NCBI GenBank assembly: GCA_037445875.1
Contig: JBBIJR010000010.1
Location: forward strand, 1 to 59,789
DNA: 59,789 bases
Direction: 5' to 3'
DNA from: Bacteroidota bacterium
GTDB lineage: Bacteria > CLD3 > SB21
Part shown: positions 34,301-44,517 of the stretch, in pieces
Numbering within the stretch: the stretch's first letter is position 1
How the letters are laid out: every line of letters begins with the position of its first letter
Notes under the pieces: generated by a model
Database searches by the model: none
The model's input: the letters and a program-made list of their open reading frames with translations, nothing else
Told to the model about the DNA's origin: nothing
Program-made: the position numbers and the translations under genes

Positions 34301-35863
34301 CTATTTCGCGAAATCGATGGCGCGATATTCTCGGGTCAGGGTGATCTTGATCTGTCCGATGTACTCGAGTTCTTTTTCGACCTTGTGCGTGATCTCGTCG
34401 GCGAGCTGCGTCATACGCTGGTCGTCCACGACCTGGGCGTCCACCAGAATGCGGACTTCACGCCCGGCTTGCACCGCATAGGCTTTGGACACCCCCTGGA
34501 ACGTAGTCACGAGGTCCTCCAGTCGGGTCAGGCGTTTGACGTAGCTCTCGAGGGATTCCCGCTGCGCGCCCGGACGCTGTTTGCTCAGCATGTTGGCGAC
34601 GCTGACGATGACCGAGATCGGATGCGCCACGAGGGGCGTCTCGTGGTGGTTGAGGATTGCCTGCTGCACGATCTGGTTCTCGCCGAACTTGCGTACGATC
34701 TCCGCACCGACGACGGCGTGGTGCTGGTCCGCGCGCTCCACGGCAAAGCCGATGTCGTGCAGAATGCCGGCGCGTTTGGCCAGTTGGACGTCGAAACCGA
34801 GTTCCGCGGCAAGATTACCGGCCAGGATCGCGGTCTCCACGCTGTGCTGCAGCAGGTTCTGGCCGTCGTGCAGGCGGTATTTCAATTTGCCGAGTAGTTT
34901 GACGATCTCGACGTGCGTGCCGTGCACCGAGGCCTCGAACAGGGCCTCCTCGCCGGTCAGCAGGATGGTTTCGTCGAGGTCGCGCCGGGCCTTTTCCACC
35001 ACATCCTCGATGCGGCCCGGATGGATGCGGCCGTCATTTACCAGCGATTCAAGGGCCAGGCGTGCCACCTCGCGCCGAAGGGGATCGAATCCGGAGATGA
35101 AAACGGTTTGCGGCGTATCGTCGATCATGACCTCGCAGCCGGTGATGGTTTCGAACGCGCGAATGTTACGGCCCTCGCGCCCGATGATCCGGCCCTTCAT
35201 TTCGTTGTTGGGCAGCTTGACCGTGGTGACGGTGGTCTCGATCGTGTGATCGATGGCCGATCGGTTCATGGCCTGCAGCAGTACACGACGCGCTTCCTCC
35301 CGCGCCGTTTGCTGAGCCTGTTCCTTGACCTGACGGACGTACTGCGAAGACTCCGCCCGGGCCTGCTCGAGGAGGTTGTTCATCAATACCTGCTTGGCCT
35401 CTTCGGCGGTCATGCGTGCGATCTGAATCAGTTTCTCGTTCTGGGATTGCATCAGGGAGTCCAGTTCGGCCGACTTGCGGGCGTTTTCGGCCACCTGGCT
35501 CTGCACAACCGCCTCTTTCTGGATGAGGTCCTTCTCCTTCCGCGTGACGAGGTCACCCTTCTGTTCGATCGCGCGTTCCTTCCGCAGCAGGTCGTCCTGT
35601 TGATTGCGCAGACGGACGCGGGTGGATTCCGTCTGGTCATCGAATTCCTGCCGTTTGCGATACCATTCGTCCGATACTTCGATCAGCTTTTCCTTCTTCA
35701 GGTTTTCGGCGTCAACCACGGCGCTGTCGCGGATTCGACGCGCTTCGTTGTCCGCTTCGCGGATGCGTTTGGCCACGGCTATACGTACGGCGTACAACTG
35801 CCCGAACAAGAAGGCGCCCACGATCAGCACGACACCGGCCAGAATGATAATGACCACTTCCAT
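34301..35863 (-). CDS. rny: ribonuclease Y
   Basis: 520 aa. It has an N-terminal TM helix (MEVVIIILAGVVLIVGAFLFG), a long coiled-coil, a KH domain (..MKGRIIGREGRNIRAFETITG..) and an HD domain (..LLQHSVETAILAGNLAAELG..AGILHDIG..). Confidence 0.9.
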   Translation of the reverse strand: MEVVIIILAGVVLIVGAFLFGQLYAVRIAVAKRIREADNEARRIRDSAVVDAENLKKEKLIEVSDEWYRKRQEFDDQTESTRVRLRNQQDDLLRKERAIEQKGDLVTRKEKDLIQKEAVVQSQVAENARKSAELDSLMQSQNEKLIQIARMTAEEAKQVLMNNLLEQARAESSQYVRQVKEQAQQTAREEARRVLLQAMNRSAIDHTIETTVTTVKLPNNEMKGRIIGREGRNIRAFETITGCEVMIDDTPQTVFISGFDPLRREVARLALESLVNDGRIHPGRIEDVVEKARRDLDETILLTGEEALFEASVHGTHVEIVKLLGKLKYRLHDGQNLLQHSVETAILAGNLAAELGFDVQLAKRAGILHDIGFAVERADQHHAVVGAEIVRKFGENQIVQQAILNHHETPLVAHPISVIVSVANMLSKQRPGAQRESLESYVKRLTRLEDLVTTFQGVSKAYAVQAGREVRILVDAQVVDDQRMTQLADEITHKVEKELEYIGQIKITLTREYRAIDFAK

Positions 35864-35896
35864 AGGAATTCCCGGCTTTGCCTTTGGTTATGCTCT

Positions 35897-35951
35897 GAAA
35901 ATAAAAAACCCTGTATTCCTCACGCGCATGGGCCGCGTTGCGGTCACAGGG
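35897..35951 (-). terminator. probable intrinsic terminator between zapA and rny
   Basis: The minus strand reads CCCTGT..(inner ACGCG/CGCGT hairpin)..ACAGGG followed by TTTTTTATTTT. The outer arms are at 35946-35951 and 35909-35914. Confidence 0.45.
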
Positions 35952-35980
35952 AACAGAGAGGGGCGTGAACTCGTCAGGCT

Positions 35981-36337
35981 TCAGGCCTGGGAGAACAGCG
36001 TGTATTCCGTCGGTTCAGGATCTTCGGCAGGCTGTTCGGGCGCGAGATCAGATGAATCTATATGGTTCTTGACCAACTCGATCAGTTTCAGGGCCTGGGA
36101 TTCATAGGATTCAAGTTGTCTTCGCTGATCTTCGCGCGTCCGGAAGTATTCGTCCGCCACATTGAGCGCCGCCAGAATCGCGACCTTGAGCGTGGATTTG
36201 ATCGAACCGCTCTGGTTGATCTCCCGCATTTTTCGATCGACAAACTCGGCAATCGCCCGGATGTGCTCCGGATCGGCGTCTCCCTTAATCACATACTCGG
36301 AACCGTAGATATGGACCTTGACGGTGTTCTTGTCCAC
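35981..36337 (-). CDS. zapA: cell division protein ZapA
   Basis: 118 aa: ..VKVHIYGSEYVIKGDADPEHIRAIAEFVDRKMREI..STLKVAILAALNVADEYFR.., followed by a coiled-coil tail. It sits in the pheT-zapA-rny neighbourhood. Confidence 0.8.
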   Translation of the reverse strand: MDKNTVKVHIYGSEYVIKGDADPEHIRAIAEFVDRKMREINQSGSIKSTLKVAILAALNVADEYFRTREDQRRQLESYESQALKLIELVKNHIDSSDLAPEQPAEDPEPTEYTLFSQA

Positions 36338-36373
36338 TGTAACCGTGCGTCGATGCGCACTCGCTAACGTCTT

Positions 36374-36865
36374 CTAAGTTGACCGCATCATTTTTTCAAG
36401 TTGTTCCAGCTTGTCGAGCGCCGCCCGCACCTTCTGACGGATCTTCTCTCCGTTGGGCGATCGACCGGAGGCCGTCTCGTCGTCCGTCCGGCTCCGCTGC
36501 TGCAGGGCCGCCTTGAGCGCGTCGACCTGAAGCGTCAGCCGGGCGATCTGATCTTTCTGCCCGGCACTCAGCGCCTGCAGTTTCTGAAAAGCCTCTTCCC
36601 GCCCTTGCAACATTTCCTGAAGGCGAGCCGCGGCGAGTTCATGTTCGCGCAGGGCTTCCTCGGTCCGGCTCAATCGCTCGTCTTTCCCGGTGCGATGGTT
36701 CTCGATAAAACGGCGGTACTCATCGTTTTCCTTTTTCAACCGGTCCAACCGGCTCACGAGCGCGTGAAGCTGCTGCTCCAGCGTCTCCAACGAACCGTGG
36801 GTGATCAGGTCGATGGACGGAACCGCCGGGGTCTTTTTGCGAGCCTTTCTCGTTGCCGTTTTCAT
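36374..36865 (-). CDS. coiled-coil protein (possible ZapB-like division-associated protein)
   Basis: 163 aa with heptad-rich sequence (..LEQQLHALVSRLDRLKKENDEYRRFIE..LQVDALKAALQQ..). It lies between pheT and zapA. No specific motif was recognised. Confidence 0.45.
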   Translation of the reverse strand: MKTATRKARKKTPAVPSIDLITHGSLETLEQQLHALVSRLDRLKKENDEYRRFIENHRTGKDERLSRTEEALREHELAAARLQEMLQGREEAFQKLQALSAGQKDQIARLTLQVDALKAALQQRSRTDDETASGRSPNGEKIRQKVRAALDKLEQLEKMMRST

Positions 36866-36873
36866 GCTCCCGG

Positions 36874-39294
36874 TCAGGTCCGAAGGTGCGCTCCAAACAT
36901 ACTTCCCGCACCCTCCACCAACCTGCGAAGAGTTGAGTCCACTTCTGCTTCGGTCAACGTCCGCTCGGGCGCCTGGAAGTTCAACGAGAAGGCCAGACTC
37001 TTCTGCCCCTTCCCGACTTGATTGCCCTGGTACAGATCGAAAATCTCAACCGTTTCAAGGAACTCCCCGCCGTGCTCCCGCAGGAACTTCAGCAGCGACC
37101 CGGCCGGCACTTTTTCCTCCACAACGAAAGCGAGGTCCCGTTTCACGGATGGGAACCTGGAAACTGGCCTGGCCGTCATGGAAGAACCTGCCAACTCGAA
37201 TAGCGTCCGATGGTCGATCTCAAAGGCCCACACGGCCTCCTTCACATCGAACACACGAAGAACCGCTCTGCTCACCCTGCCAAAATGGCCAAGCCGACGA
37301 CTTGAGCCATCGGCCATCGGGGTAAGGATTTCCAAGGAGTTAGCGTCAAATGTTCCACGATCATGATAAGGAATAATATCAAGCTTGTCAACAGCGAACT
37401 TTCTGCAGAGGCCGAGAACGACCCTCTTGAGGTCAAAGAAATCAATACTTTCCGCCTTCAGGTCCCAGTTCGCCGGCCATCTCTGGCCTGACAAGCATCC
37501 CGCTATAACCTCCGTTTCGCTGGGCAGCAGCATCCCGCGATCGACGTATCGATAAGTGCGCCCTAGTTCCCAAACTCGGACGTCCTTGTTGTCGCGATTC
37601 AGATTGTCCCGCAATACGAGCAGCAGCGACGGCAGCAAGGAAACGCGCATCACGGACATGTCGTCGTTCAGCGGATTGATCAGACGGACAAATTGTTCCT
37701 CGGCATCGGGCAGCACGACCGTCTGATACTTCGGGTGGACCATGGAATTCGTGGTCACCTCGTACAGACCCATCTCCTGGAAGGCTGAGCGCACCATCCG
37801 ACCGAACATCTCTTCTCTGTTTTCCGGCTGATCGTAGGAGACGACCGCGGACCGGCTCGACGGGAGGCGGTTGTAACCGTAGATGCGTGCCACCTCTTCG
37901 ATAAGGTCCACCTCGATGGTGAGGTCCGGACGATGCGTGGGGGGCACAACTTCGATCGCCTCGAGCGATCGGTCTGTGACTCGGCATCCGAGCTTTTCCA
38001 GAATGGACGACACGGTCTCCGTTGGAATATCCTGAGCAAGGAGCCTCGTTACGGCGGAGGAGCGAAGTCGGATGGCCGGAGGGGTTCTGCGGGAGGAGCG
38101 GCATTCGGCGATGCCACGGGCCACTTGTCCGCCGGCCAGGTCCCGCATCAGCTCGGCGGCGCGATCAAGCGCATAGATCGTCCGGGCGGGATCGACGCCG
38201 CGGCCGAATCGCATGCAAGCGTCGCTGGTGATTCCGAGGGCTCGCGCGGACTGCCGGATACGGAGCGGATCGAAGTACGCCGATTCCAGCAGGATGTTCT
38301 TCGTCGTGTCCGAGACCTCCGAATTCTTGCCGCCCATGATCCCACCCAGTGCAACGGGCCTCTCGGCGTCGCAGATCAGAACCACGCGGTCATCGAGTCG
38401 GTGCGTCCTGCCGTCCAGTGTGGTAAAGGTCTCGCCCGTGCGCGAACGTCTCACCACGATGGAATGGCCCGCGATGCGGTCGTAGTCGAACGCATGCAGC
38501 GGCTGACCGCACTCAAGCATGGCGAAATGGGTGATGTCGACGATGTTGTTGATCGATCGAAGGCCGGACGCTTCGAGTCGCCGCACGAGCCAGTCCGGCG
38601 ACGGGCCGACAGCCACGCCGAGAATCACGCGAGCCGCGTAGTGCGGACACCCTTCGGAGTCCTCGACCGTCACACGGACCGCGCCTTGAACGTCCGGTCC
38701 GGCTTCCTGTGCGTTCACAGCGGGCAGCCGCGCCTCGGTGTTCTCCACGACGGCCACTTCACGCGCCACGCCGATGTAGCTCAGGCAGTCGGGACGATTG
38801 GAAGTCACGTCGATATCGAGGATCGCCTCGCCCATGTTAAGATACTCACCGAAGCGCTGGCCCGGCCGGTACTCTCGACCCGAATCGAGTTCCCAGATAC
38901 CCGGGGATTTGCCCTCTTCGAATCCGAGCTCGCTCTTCGAACAGATCATACCGGAGGATTCTTCTCCGCGGATCCTTGCTTTCTTGATTTCGAGGCCGCC
39001 GGGCAGACGCGTGCCCACCATGGCGACGGGTACCCATTGTCCCGCCTGCACGTTGGGAGCGCCGCAGACGATCCCCAGCACTTCCGAGCCGACGTCCACC
39101 CGGGTCAGCGAGAGTTTGTCGGCGTTCGGATGCTTTTCTACCTGCAGCACCTTGCCAATGACAATGCCCGGCAGGGGGTCATCCACCAGTACGCTTTCAA
39201 CGGCCAGGCCGTTCATCGTCAGCACGCCCGCAAGGTCCTGCGGTAACCGATGAATTTCCACGTAGTCCCGAAGCCATGAGAGAGCAATCTTCAT
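36874..39294 (-). CDS. pheT: phenylalanine--tRNA ligase beta subunit
   Basis: Track ORF trimmed to MKIALSWLRDYVEI.. (ATG 39292-39294). It has a tRNA-binding domain (..GKVLQVEKHPNADKLSLTRVDVG..), B3/4 and B5 regions, and a C-terminal anticodon-binding-like domain. Confidence 0.9.
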   Translation of the reverse strand: MKIALSWLRDYVEIHRLPQDLAGVLTMNGLAVESVLVDDPLPGIVIGKVLQVEKHPNADKLSLTRVDVGSEVLGIVCGAPNVQAGQWVPVAMVGTRLPGGLEIKKARIRGEESSGMICSKSELGFEEGKSPGIWELDSGREYRPGQRFGEYLNMGEAILDIDVTSNRPDCLSYIGVAREVAVVENTEARLPAVNAQEAGPDVQGAVRVTVEDSEGCPHYAARVILGVAVGPSPDWLVRRLEASGLRSINNIVDITHFAMLECGQPLHAFDYDRIAGHSIVVRRSRTGETFTTLDGRTHRLDDRVVLICDAERPVALGGIMGGKNSEVSDTTKNILLESAYFDPLRIRQSARALGITSDACMRFGRGVDPARTIYALDRAAELMRDLAGGQVARGIAECRSSRRTPPAIRLRSSAVTRLLAQDIPTETVSSILEKLGCRVTDRSLEAIEVVPPTHRPDLTIEVDLIEEVARIYGYNRLPSSRSAVVSYDQPENREEMFGRMVRSAFQEMGLYEVTTNSMVHPKYQTVVLPDAEEQFVRLINPLNDDMSVMRVSLLPSLLLVLRDNLNRDNKDVRVWELGRTYRYVDRGMLLPSETEVIAGCLSGQRWPANWDLKAESIDFFDLKRVVLGLCRKFAVDKLDIIPYHDRGTFDANSLEILTPMADGSSRRLGHFGRVSRAVLRVFDVKEAVWAFEIDHRTLFELAGSSMTARPVSRFPSVKRDLAFVVEEKVPAGSLLKFLREHGGEFLETVEIFDLYQGNQVGKGQKSLAFSLNFQAPERTLTEAEVDSTLRRLVEGAGSMFGAHLRT

Positions 39295-39354
39295 ACGATC
39301 TCCGTCAGCGGTCAACCCTTTCGGCGGAAAACATAGCTATATTTGGCCAGAATT

Positions 39355-40110
39355 TCAATTACCCTTTCTCACCGCGTGAACGACGAATTCCTTCGATTGC
39401 GCGTCAAGGGGACGGCGGTCGAAATCTCCGTATTCTTCGCGGATGGCGAGACCGCACCGCGCGAGCAGGTGTTCGATCTCGTAGCGGTAGAAGTACCTCA
39501 TCGGGAACGTCCAGGAACCGTCGTGCATGCGCCCGTCCTCCTCCCATTCATAATGCATCGTGACCTCGTTGATCTGCCGGTGCGGTTTCGGCACAACGGA
39601 GGTCGTGCGTTTTAGCGAAAGGCCGGGCCTCCATTCGCCTTCGAAGTCGACGGTCGGCGGCATTCCCCGGCTGACCAGAACGTGATCGGGCACGAAGAGA
39701 TCGAAAAGCAATTCTCCGTCCGGTGCAAGGTGGTCGCGCACCTGCTGAAACGCCGTCAACTGGTCGTCGACGTCGGTCAGATGGGAGAAAACGCGAAACG
39801 GCGCCACGATCAGCCGGAAGGTCCGGTCCAGGGCCAGGCGCCGGACGTCCTGCACCCCGACCCGGTGGCGGTCGCTTTCCTCGAGCCGATTCTTCAGGAC
39901 ATCGATCATCGTCGCACTGATATCGATACCGTATCCATCGACACCGTTGCGGAGCATGTCGACCAGCAGTCGCCCCGTTCCGACGCCGACCTCCAGAACA
40001 GGGCCTTCGGCCACCTGCGCCGCGTGGAGATAATAGTCGTGGTCCACGCCCGTCCGCAGTGAGCCATAGATGACATCGTAAAATCGCGCCACGAAATCGG
40101 GATACTCCAT
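39355..40110 (-). CDS. class I SAM-dependent methyltransferase
   Basis: 251 aa. Motif I is VLEVGVGTGRLLVDML and post-I is GYGIDIS. Confidence 0.75.
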   Translation of the reverse strand: MEYPDFVARFYDVIYGSLRTGVDHDYYLHAAQVAEGPVLEVGVGTGRLLVDMLRNGVDGYGIDISATMIDVLKNRLEESDRHRVGVQDVRRLALDRTFRLIVAPFRVFSHLTDVDDQLTAFQQVRDHLAPDGELLFDLFVPDHVLVSRGMPPTVDFEGEWRPGLSLKRTTSVVPKPHRQINEVTMHYEWEEDGRMHDGSWTFPMRYFYRYEIEHLLARCGLAIREEYGDFDRRPLDAQSKEFVVHAVRKGN

Positions 40111-40194
40111 CGTGCCCTCGCTGCCCGTCGGGGTTTACCGTTGACTAAACAAAGTTATTCAACTACATTGCATAGCGCAACACGAAACCAACCG

Positions 40195-42324
40195 ATGCGT
40201 TGCATGTTGTCCTGCCTACGGCGCAGCCTTTTCACCGTTGTCATCGGGTTTTCCGGGTTGTACGGCCAATCGATGGACTCTCTTGGCGTCGACCGGTTGA
40301 TGGACTTGGTACAACAGCGATACCGCGAGCGCCGCGCGGCGGTCCGCTCCTTCAAGCTGCAAGTTTACAGCAAGGCCCTGCTCGAAAAATACGAATCGGG
40401 ATTCTATCGTCCGAAGTCCCTGCTGCTCCGGCACCTCGACGTGTACTGGAAGAACCCCGATGAACGACGCACCGTCGAGACGGCCCGGCGGTACCTTCAT
40501 GATTTTACCATGGTCGAGCAATCGAGTGCCGCCTTTCTCTATCTGGACATGCCGGAGTACGACATTCCGGACGATTGGAGTTCGCCGGTCGGCTTCCACC
40601 TTTGTTCCTTCGCATCGCCCCTAGCGCCGGACGCGTCCTCCTACTACGTTTTCGAACGAATCGAAACCTCTCTGGCCGACGGTTTTCCCGTGGTTCAAAT
40701 TCGGGTGACCCCGCGGCATACCTCCGTGCCCGCGGTCGAGGGAGAAATCTTGATCGACACGCAAACAATGGACGTCCGGTCGATGGATCTGCGCTTCACG
40801 GACGCCACGAAACACTACCCCTTCGCCAAACACCTCGGCGCGCGTGTGAGCTTCCTGGACGGCGAGCAGTATCCCTTGCCGTCGGCAGCGGAGTGGGAAT
40901 TCGAAGTCGATTTCCCATGGTACGGCCGCATGCGGTATGCCGTTCGTTTGTTCGTATACGGATCGGATTCCCGGCCCACATTCCCGCCGGGGCTGTTCTC
41001 CGGGGATCTTCGCACCCGGACCGCCGAGGCGCCGTACCGGGACGAGCAGTTTTGGAAGAACCACGAAGCCCTCCCGTTGGACGCAACCGAACGGAGCGCA
41101 TTCGAGCGCCTTGCCCGATTGCCCCACAATCGTTCGGCCCTCGAGCCGGACATCGAAGCGTTCCGCAACCGTCAAAACGGCACCGATATTGATCTGGGAT
41201 TCGGCGTCCTGCCGGACGTGCGGTACAATCGGGTGGAAGGCGTTTTCCTCGGTGCCGAGGTCGAATTCAAGGAACTGGCCGTTCGGAATGCAATCCGGGA
41301 TCTAACGCTGAAGACAAAATACGGGTACGGGTTGGAGGACAAACGTTCCAAGTATTGGTTAGAGGCTTCCAAGTTTGTCGGCGGCCGCCGTCTCAGCGTG
41401 GGGGGGCGTTACTACCGCGCACTGGACCGCGTCGAGTCGCAACTCGCAGGGAGTGTGCTGGTCAACAGTCTGACCGCGCTGGCATACCGTTACGATCAAT
41501 TTCACTATTACTACATCCGGGGCTATGAATGCTTTCTTTCCTTCTATCCGCGGTACAACCTGTCCTTTACGGGAACCTTCATCGACCGGAGCGACCGGAG
41601 CGCCGAGCGGAACACGACCTATGCCATTTTCAAGGGCATCTTCGATCCGGAACCTGTGCTGCCCATCAACGACGGCCGTCTCAGGGGACTGATGGTGACC
41701 GGTCGTTACAAGATGGGCCACGGCCGCGGTATCCGTTCCCGAGAATCGTATTACCTGCTGACCGCTCAAGTCCTGCATACCAACAACGACTGGCTCCGCT
41801 CGGACTTTGATTTCTCACGACTTCATTCGACGCTCCGGTTTCACTGGCCCACGACAAAGCGAGGCTCGCTGGACGGGACGACGTACATAGGGTACGCGAC
41901 CGGGCGCGTTCCGCGGCAGTATCTGTTCGACCTGTATGGCGGTACCACACCGTATGTGCTGCGAACGTTAAGTTTGCTCGAGGCCAACAACTCCCACATC
42001 CAGGGTAATTACTTGGCCGCCCTGACCGTCGAGCAGAACTTCGGGGGCGCTATACTTGAGCGAACAGGACTGCCCTGGCTTCGCCGAGGGGAAATCGACC
42101 TGATCCCCTCTTTGAGCATCGGTTACGCCGACGCCTCCGCGAGGACCAAGGCCGGGCTTTCCTATCCCATTCGCACGGTCAAGGAGCCCATACTCGAAGC
42201 GGCCATCGGTGTCGGCGACATCTACCGCTACTTCCGCCTCGATTTTGCATGGCGGCTCAACCACGGCAACATCGGCAAACAGCACTTCGCCGTTACGCTG
42301 ATGACTCTTCTCCAGGATTACTAG
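40195..42324 (+). CDS. DUF5686-type outer-membrane protein (no CarboxypepD_reg domain), paralogous in architecture to 18075..20456
   Basis: Track ORF trimmed to the ATG 40195 (MRCMLSCLRRSLFTVVIGFSGLYGQ, signal-like). The central region resembles the 793-aa protein (..VVQIRVTPRH..VEGEILIDTQTMDV..). The C-terminus is an Omp85-like barrel (..YNRVEGVFLGAEVEF..). Confidence 0.6.
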   Translation: MRCMLSCLRRSLFTVVIGFSGLYGQSMDSLGVDRLMDLVQQRYRERRAAVRSFKLQVYSKALLEKYESGFYRPKSLLLRHLDVYWKNPDERRTVETARRYLHDFTMVEQSSAAFLYLDMPEYDIPDDWSSPVGFHLCSFASPLAPDASSYYVFERIETSLADGFPVVQIRVTPRHTSVPAVEGEILIDTQTMDVRSMDLRFTDATKHYPFAKHLGARVSFLDGEQYPLPSAAEWEFEVDFPWYGRMRYAVRLFVYGSDSRPTFPPGLFSGDLRTRTAEAPYRDEQFWKNHEALPLDATERSAFERLARLPHNRSALEPDIEAFRNRQNGTDIDLGFGVLPDVRYNRVEGVFLGAEVEFKELAVRNAIRDLTLKTKYGYGLEDKRSKYWLEASKFVGGRRLSVGGRYYRALDRVESQLAGSVLVNSLTALAYRYDQFHYYYIRGYECFLSFYPRYNLSFTGTFIDRSDRSAERNTTYAIFKGIFDPEPVLPINDGRLRGLMVTGRYKMGHGRGIRSRESYYLLTAQVLHTNNDWLRSDFDFSRLHSTLRFHWPTTKRGSLDGTTYIGYATGRVPRQYLFDLYGGTTPYVLRTLSLLEANNSHIQGNYLAALTVEQNFGGAILERTGLPWLRRGEIDLIPSLSIGYADASARTKAGLSYPIRTVKEPILEAAIGVGDIYRYFRLDFAWRLNHGNIGKQHFAVTLMTLLQDY

Positions 42325-42331
42325 GAAGGGA

Positions 42332-42349
42332 CCAGCAGAGCTGGTTTTC
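42332..42349 (+). terminator. weak hairpin plus T-run after the DUF5686-type gene
   Basis: CCAGC-aga-GCTGG followed by TTTTCT, 8 nt after the stop at 42322-42324. Confidence 0.35.
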
Positions 42350-42444
42350 TGCTTCCCATTAAGCGGCCGGCTTGTTATCTTAGAGCCCCGGTCGAGACGA
42401 TGGCCGATCGTTCATCATACCCAGAACTCAACGAGGAGGTTTCT

Positions 42445-43248
42445 ATGGAAAAACGAATAGCTGGCCAGAAGGCCCTGGTCACGGGTGCCAATTCCGGGAT
42501 CGGTGCGGCGATCGCCCGGCGATTGGCCGCGGAAGGCGCCGACGTAGTGATCAACTGGCTCTTCAACGAAGACGCCACGAAAGAGGTCGTCCATTCGATC
42601 AACAAGGCCGGAGGAGGCAAGGCCCTCGCGATCAAGGCCGACGTTTCCAACGAGGACCAGGTCGAGGCGATGTTCAAGCAGATGTTCAAGGAATGGGGCA
42701 CGATCGATATTCTGGTGAATAATGCAGGCATTGAGATACACAATCTCCTGGAGAACGTAACAAAGGCGGAATGGGACAAGGTGATCGGCGTCAATCTCAC
42801 CGGTAATTTCCTCTGCTCCCGCGCGGCGGTCCGCCAGTTCCTGAAAAACGAAAACCGTCCTTTGTCGCGTTCGCGGGGAAAGATTGTCAATATCTCTTCG
42901 GTCCATCAGGTCATCATGTGGGCGGGCTTTTCCTCGTACTGCGCAACCAAGGCCGGCATCAACCTTTTCGCCCAGTCGGTGGCGCAGGAGTACGCCGAAA
43001 AGAAGATCCGCATCAACAGCGTAGCGCCCGGCGCCATCAAGACTCCGATCAACCAGAACGTGTGGAGCGATCCGAAAGGCATGGCCGACCTGATGACCAA
43101 GATGCCGTACGGACGCATCGGTGAGGTAGAGGACGTTGCGGCGGCTGTGGCGTTTCTCGCGAGTGACGAGGCCGACTACATCACGGGAACGACGCTCTTC
43201 GTCGACGGCGGCATGTGCCTTTATCCGGAATTCCGCTTCGGCGGTTGA
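42445..43248 (+). CDS. short-chain dehydrogenase/reductase (glucose 1-dehydrogenase-like)
   Basis: Start MEKRIAGQKALVTGANSGIGAAIA (TGxxxGIG), preceded by GAGGAGG. Other SDR motifs are NNAG and the catalytic S..YCATK. Confidence 0.85.
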   Translation: MEKRIAGQKALVTGANSGIGAAIARRLAAEGADVVINWLFNEDATKEVVHSINKAGGGKALAIKADVSNEDQVEAMFKQMFKEWGTIDILVNNAGIEIHNLLENVTKAEWDKVIGVNLTGNFLCSRAAVRQFLKNENRPLSRSRGKIVNISSVHQVIMWAGFSSYCATKAGINLFAQSVAQEYAEKKIRINSVAPGAIKTPINQNVWSDPKGMADLMTKMPYGRIGEVEDVAAAVAFLASDEADYITGTTLFVDGGMCLYPEFRFGG

Positions 43249-43266
43249 ACCGGCCGTTGTCTCGAC

Positions 43267-43887
43267 ATGGCTAACCGGGCATCCGATACACCGGGGAACA
43301 AGTCTGCCGGCTCATCCGCCGGACGCGAGGAACACATCCCCGGGAATAAATACGAAGAGGACCTCGGCGCCTATCTTCATTTCCGGATCGAAGAAAGGGA
43401 GAGCCCCGAGCATGCATTCGAAAAGCGGGTGGTTCCCGAGCGGATCCGGCATCGCCGCCTCTGGAGAAGGTTTCACGTCCAGCGAAAGATCCTGGTTTCC
43501 AAGACGGCCTCGTTCTTCAGCGACACACGCAGAATGGTGGTCGTGTGGGCTTTGCTCCTCGGTTTGGTAGCGCTCAGTTTTCTCCTCGAATGGGATAAGC
43601 AGGTCATCGGCGGCCTGGTGCTCGTGGTCGGCATCGTGTCGAGTGCGTTTGCGTGGATGGGTGCCGCCGTCCTGAGCGGCATCGCCGTCGTCCCGTTTGT
43701 CGGTCCGGCTCTGGCCAGCATTCTCAGTTCGTCCGTGCTGTGGATCATCAACGGCCTCGGCTATTTCGTTTCCGTTATCGCCATTCGGGCCGGCCACGGC
43801 AAGACGGTACTCAACTATCGCCTGCTGGTGATCGTCTTTCTGACGGGAATGGTGGTGGGCTACGTGGTGGCGAGAATGCTGGACTGA
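43267..43887 (+). CDS. hypothetical membrane protein
   Basis: 206 aa. About 90 residues are polar at the N-terminus, followed by 3-4 hydrophobic helices (..VVVWALLLGLVALSFLL.., ..GGLVLVVGIVSSAFAWMGAAVL.., ..LLVIVFLTGMVVGYVVA). The start is uncertain. Confidence 0.45.
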   Translation: MANRASDTPGNKSAGSSAGREEHIPGNKYEEDLGAYLHFRIEERESPEHAFEKRVVPERIRHRRLWRRFHVQRKILVSKTASFFSDTRRMVVVWALLLGLVALSFLLEWDKQVIGGLVLVVGIVSSAFAWMGAAVLSGIAVVPFVGPALASILSSSVLWIINGLGYFVSVIAIRAGHGKTVLNYRLLVIVFLTGMVVGYVVARMLD

Positions 43888-43893
43888 GGCGCA

Positions 43894-44280
43894 TTACCAG
43901 AGTACTCGAACATATCCCCAGGAAGTGATCCGCTTGTCCTTCGTGGCCACCGGTGCACGATGGGCCAGCGCGGTCGCCACGATCATACGGTCGACCGGAT
44001 CGCCGTGGAAGGTCCCGGGAAGCCTTGTGGACAGTACGGCAACGGCGGGTGTGAGTTCAAGCATCCGCACACGAGGCAGTCCCAGTGCCGAGTGGATCCA
44101 GTCCCCGACATCCGTGTTGAAGGCCAGTCGCCCCTTTGCCACAAGCATGGCCACTTCCCAGCACGAAAGAACGCTGATCCCGATCTCCGACTCCGCCGAG
44201 ATTTGTTTGCGAAGCCTCGATGGAAGAGCGTCCGATTCGGCCGCCCACCAGATCCATGCATGCGTATCGAGGACGATCAC
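43894..44280 (-). CDS. vapC: type II toxin, PIN-domain ribonuclease VapC
   Basis: The GTG at 44278-44280 overlaps the antitoxin TGA (GTGA). The sequence is VIVLDTHAWIWW.., ..SVLSCWEVAML.., ..HGDPVDRMIVATAL.., a typical PIN acidic-residue pattern. Confidence 0.8.
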   Translation of the reverse strand: MIVLDTHAWIWWAAESDALPSRLRKQISAESEIGISVLSCWEVAMLVAKGRLAFNTDVGDWIHSALGLPRVRMLELTPAVAVLSTRLPGTFHGDPVDRMIVATALAHRAPVATKDKRITSWGYVRVLW

Positions 44281-44504
44281 CGGTCGGCCTCCCACACGTC
44301 CCCGACCGGCTCGACGAGGTCCTTCTCGAAGACAATGCTGCCCTTCAGGGGATTTGAGGACGAAGGCTCTTCCGCTGAGTAAGGTACCACCCGCGCTATC
44401 GGCTTTCCGTGTTTGGTCAGCACGTAGGTCTCCTTATTCTCATGCACGGCTGTGAGAATGGACAGACAAAAGGCCTTGAATTTTCCGACGGCAAGCTTCT
44501 TCAT
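44277..44504 (-). CDS. type II antitoxin, Phd/YefM family
   Basis: 75 aa: ..FKAFCLSILTAVHENKETYVLTKHGKPIARVVPY.. It lies immediately upstream of and overlapping vapC. Confidence 0.75.
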   Translation of the reverse strand: MKKLAVGKFKAFCLSILTAVHENKETYVLTKHGKPIARVVPYSAEEPSSSNPLKGSIVFEKDLVEPVGDVWEADR

Positions 44505-44517
44505 AGGTCATTATATT

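Noticed and set aside
35864-35980. A 6S RNA (ssrS) downstream of zapA, by analogy with E. coli.
   Set aside because: The spacer is only 117 nt and is mostly occupied by a terminator-like hairpin plus T-run. That is too short for a 6S RNA of about 180 nt.
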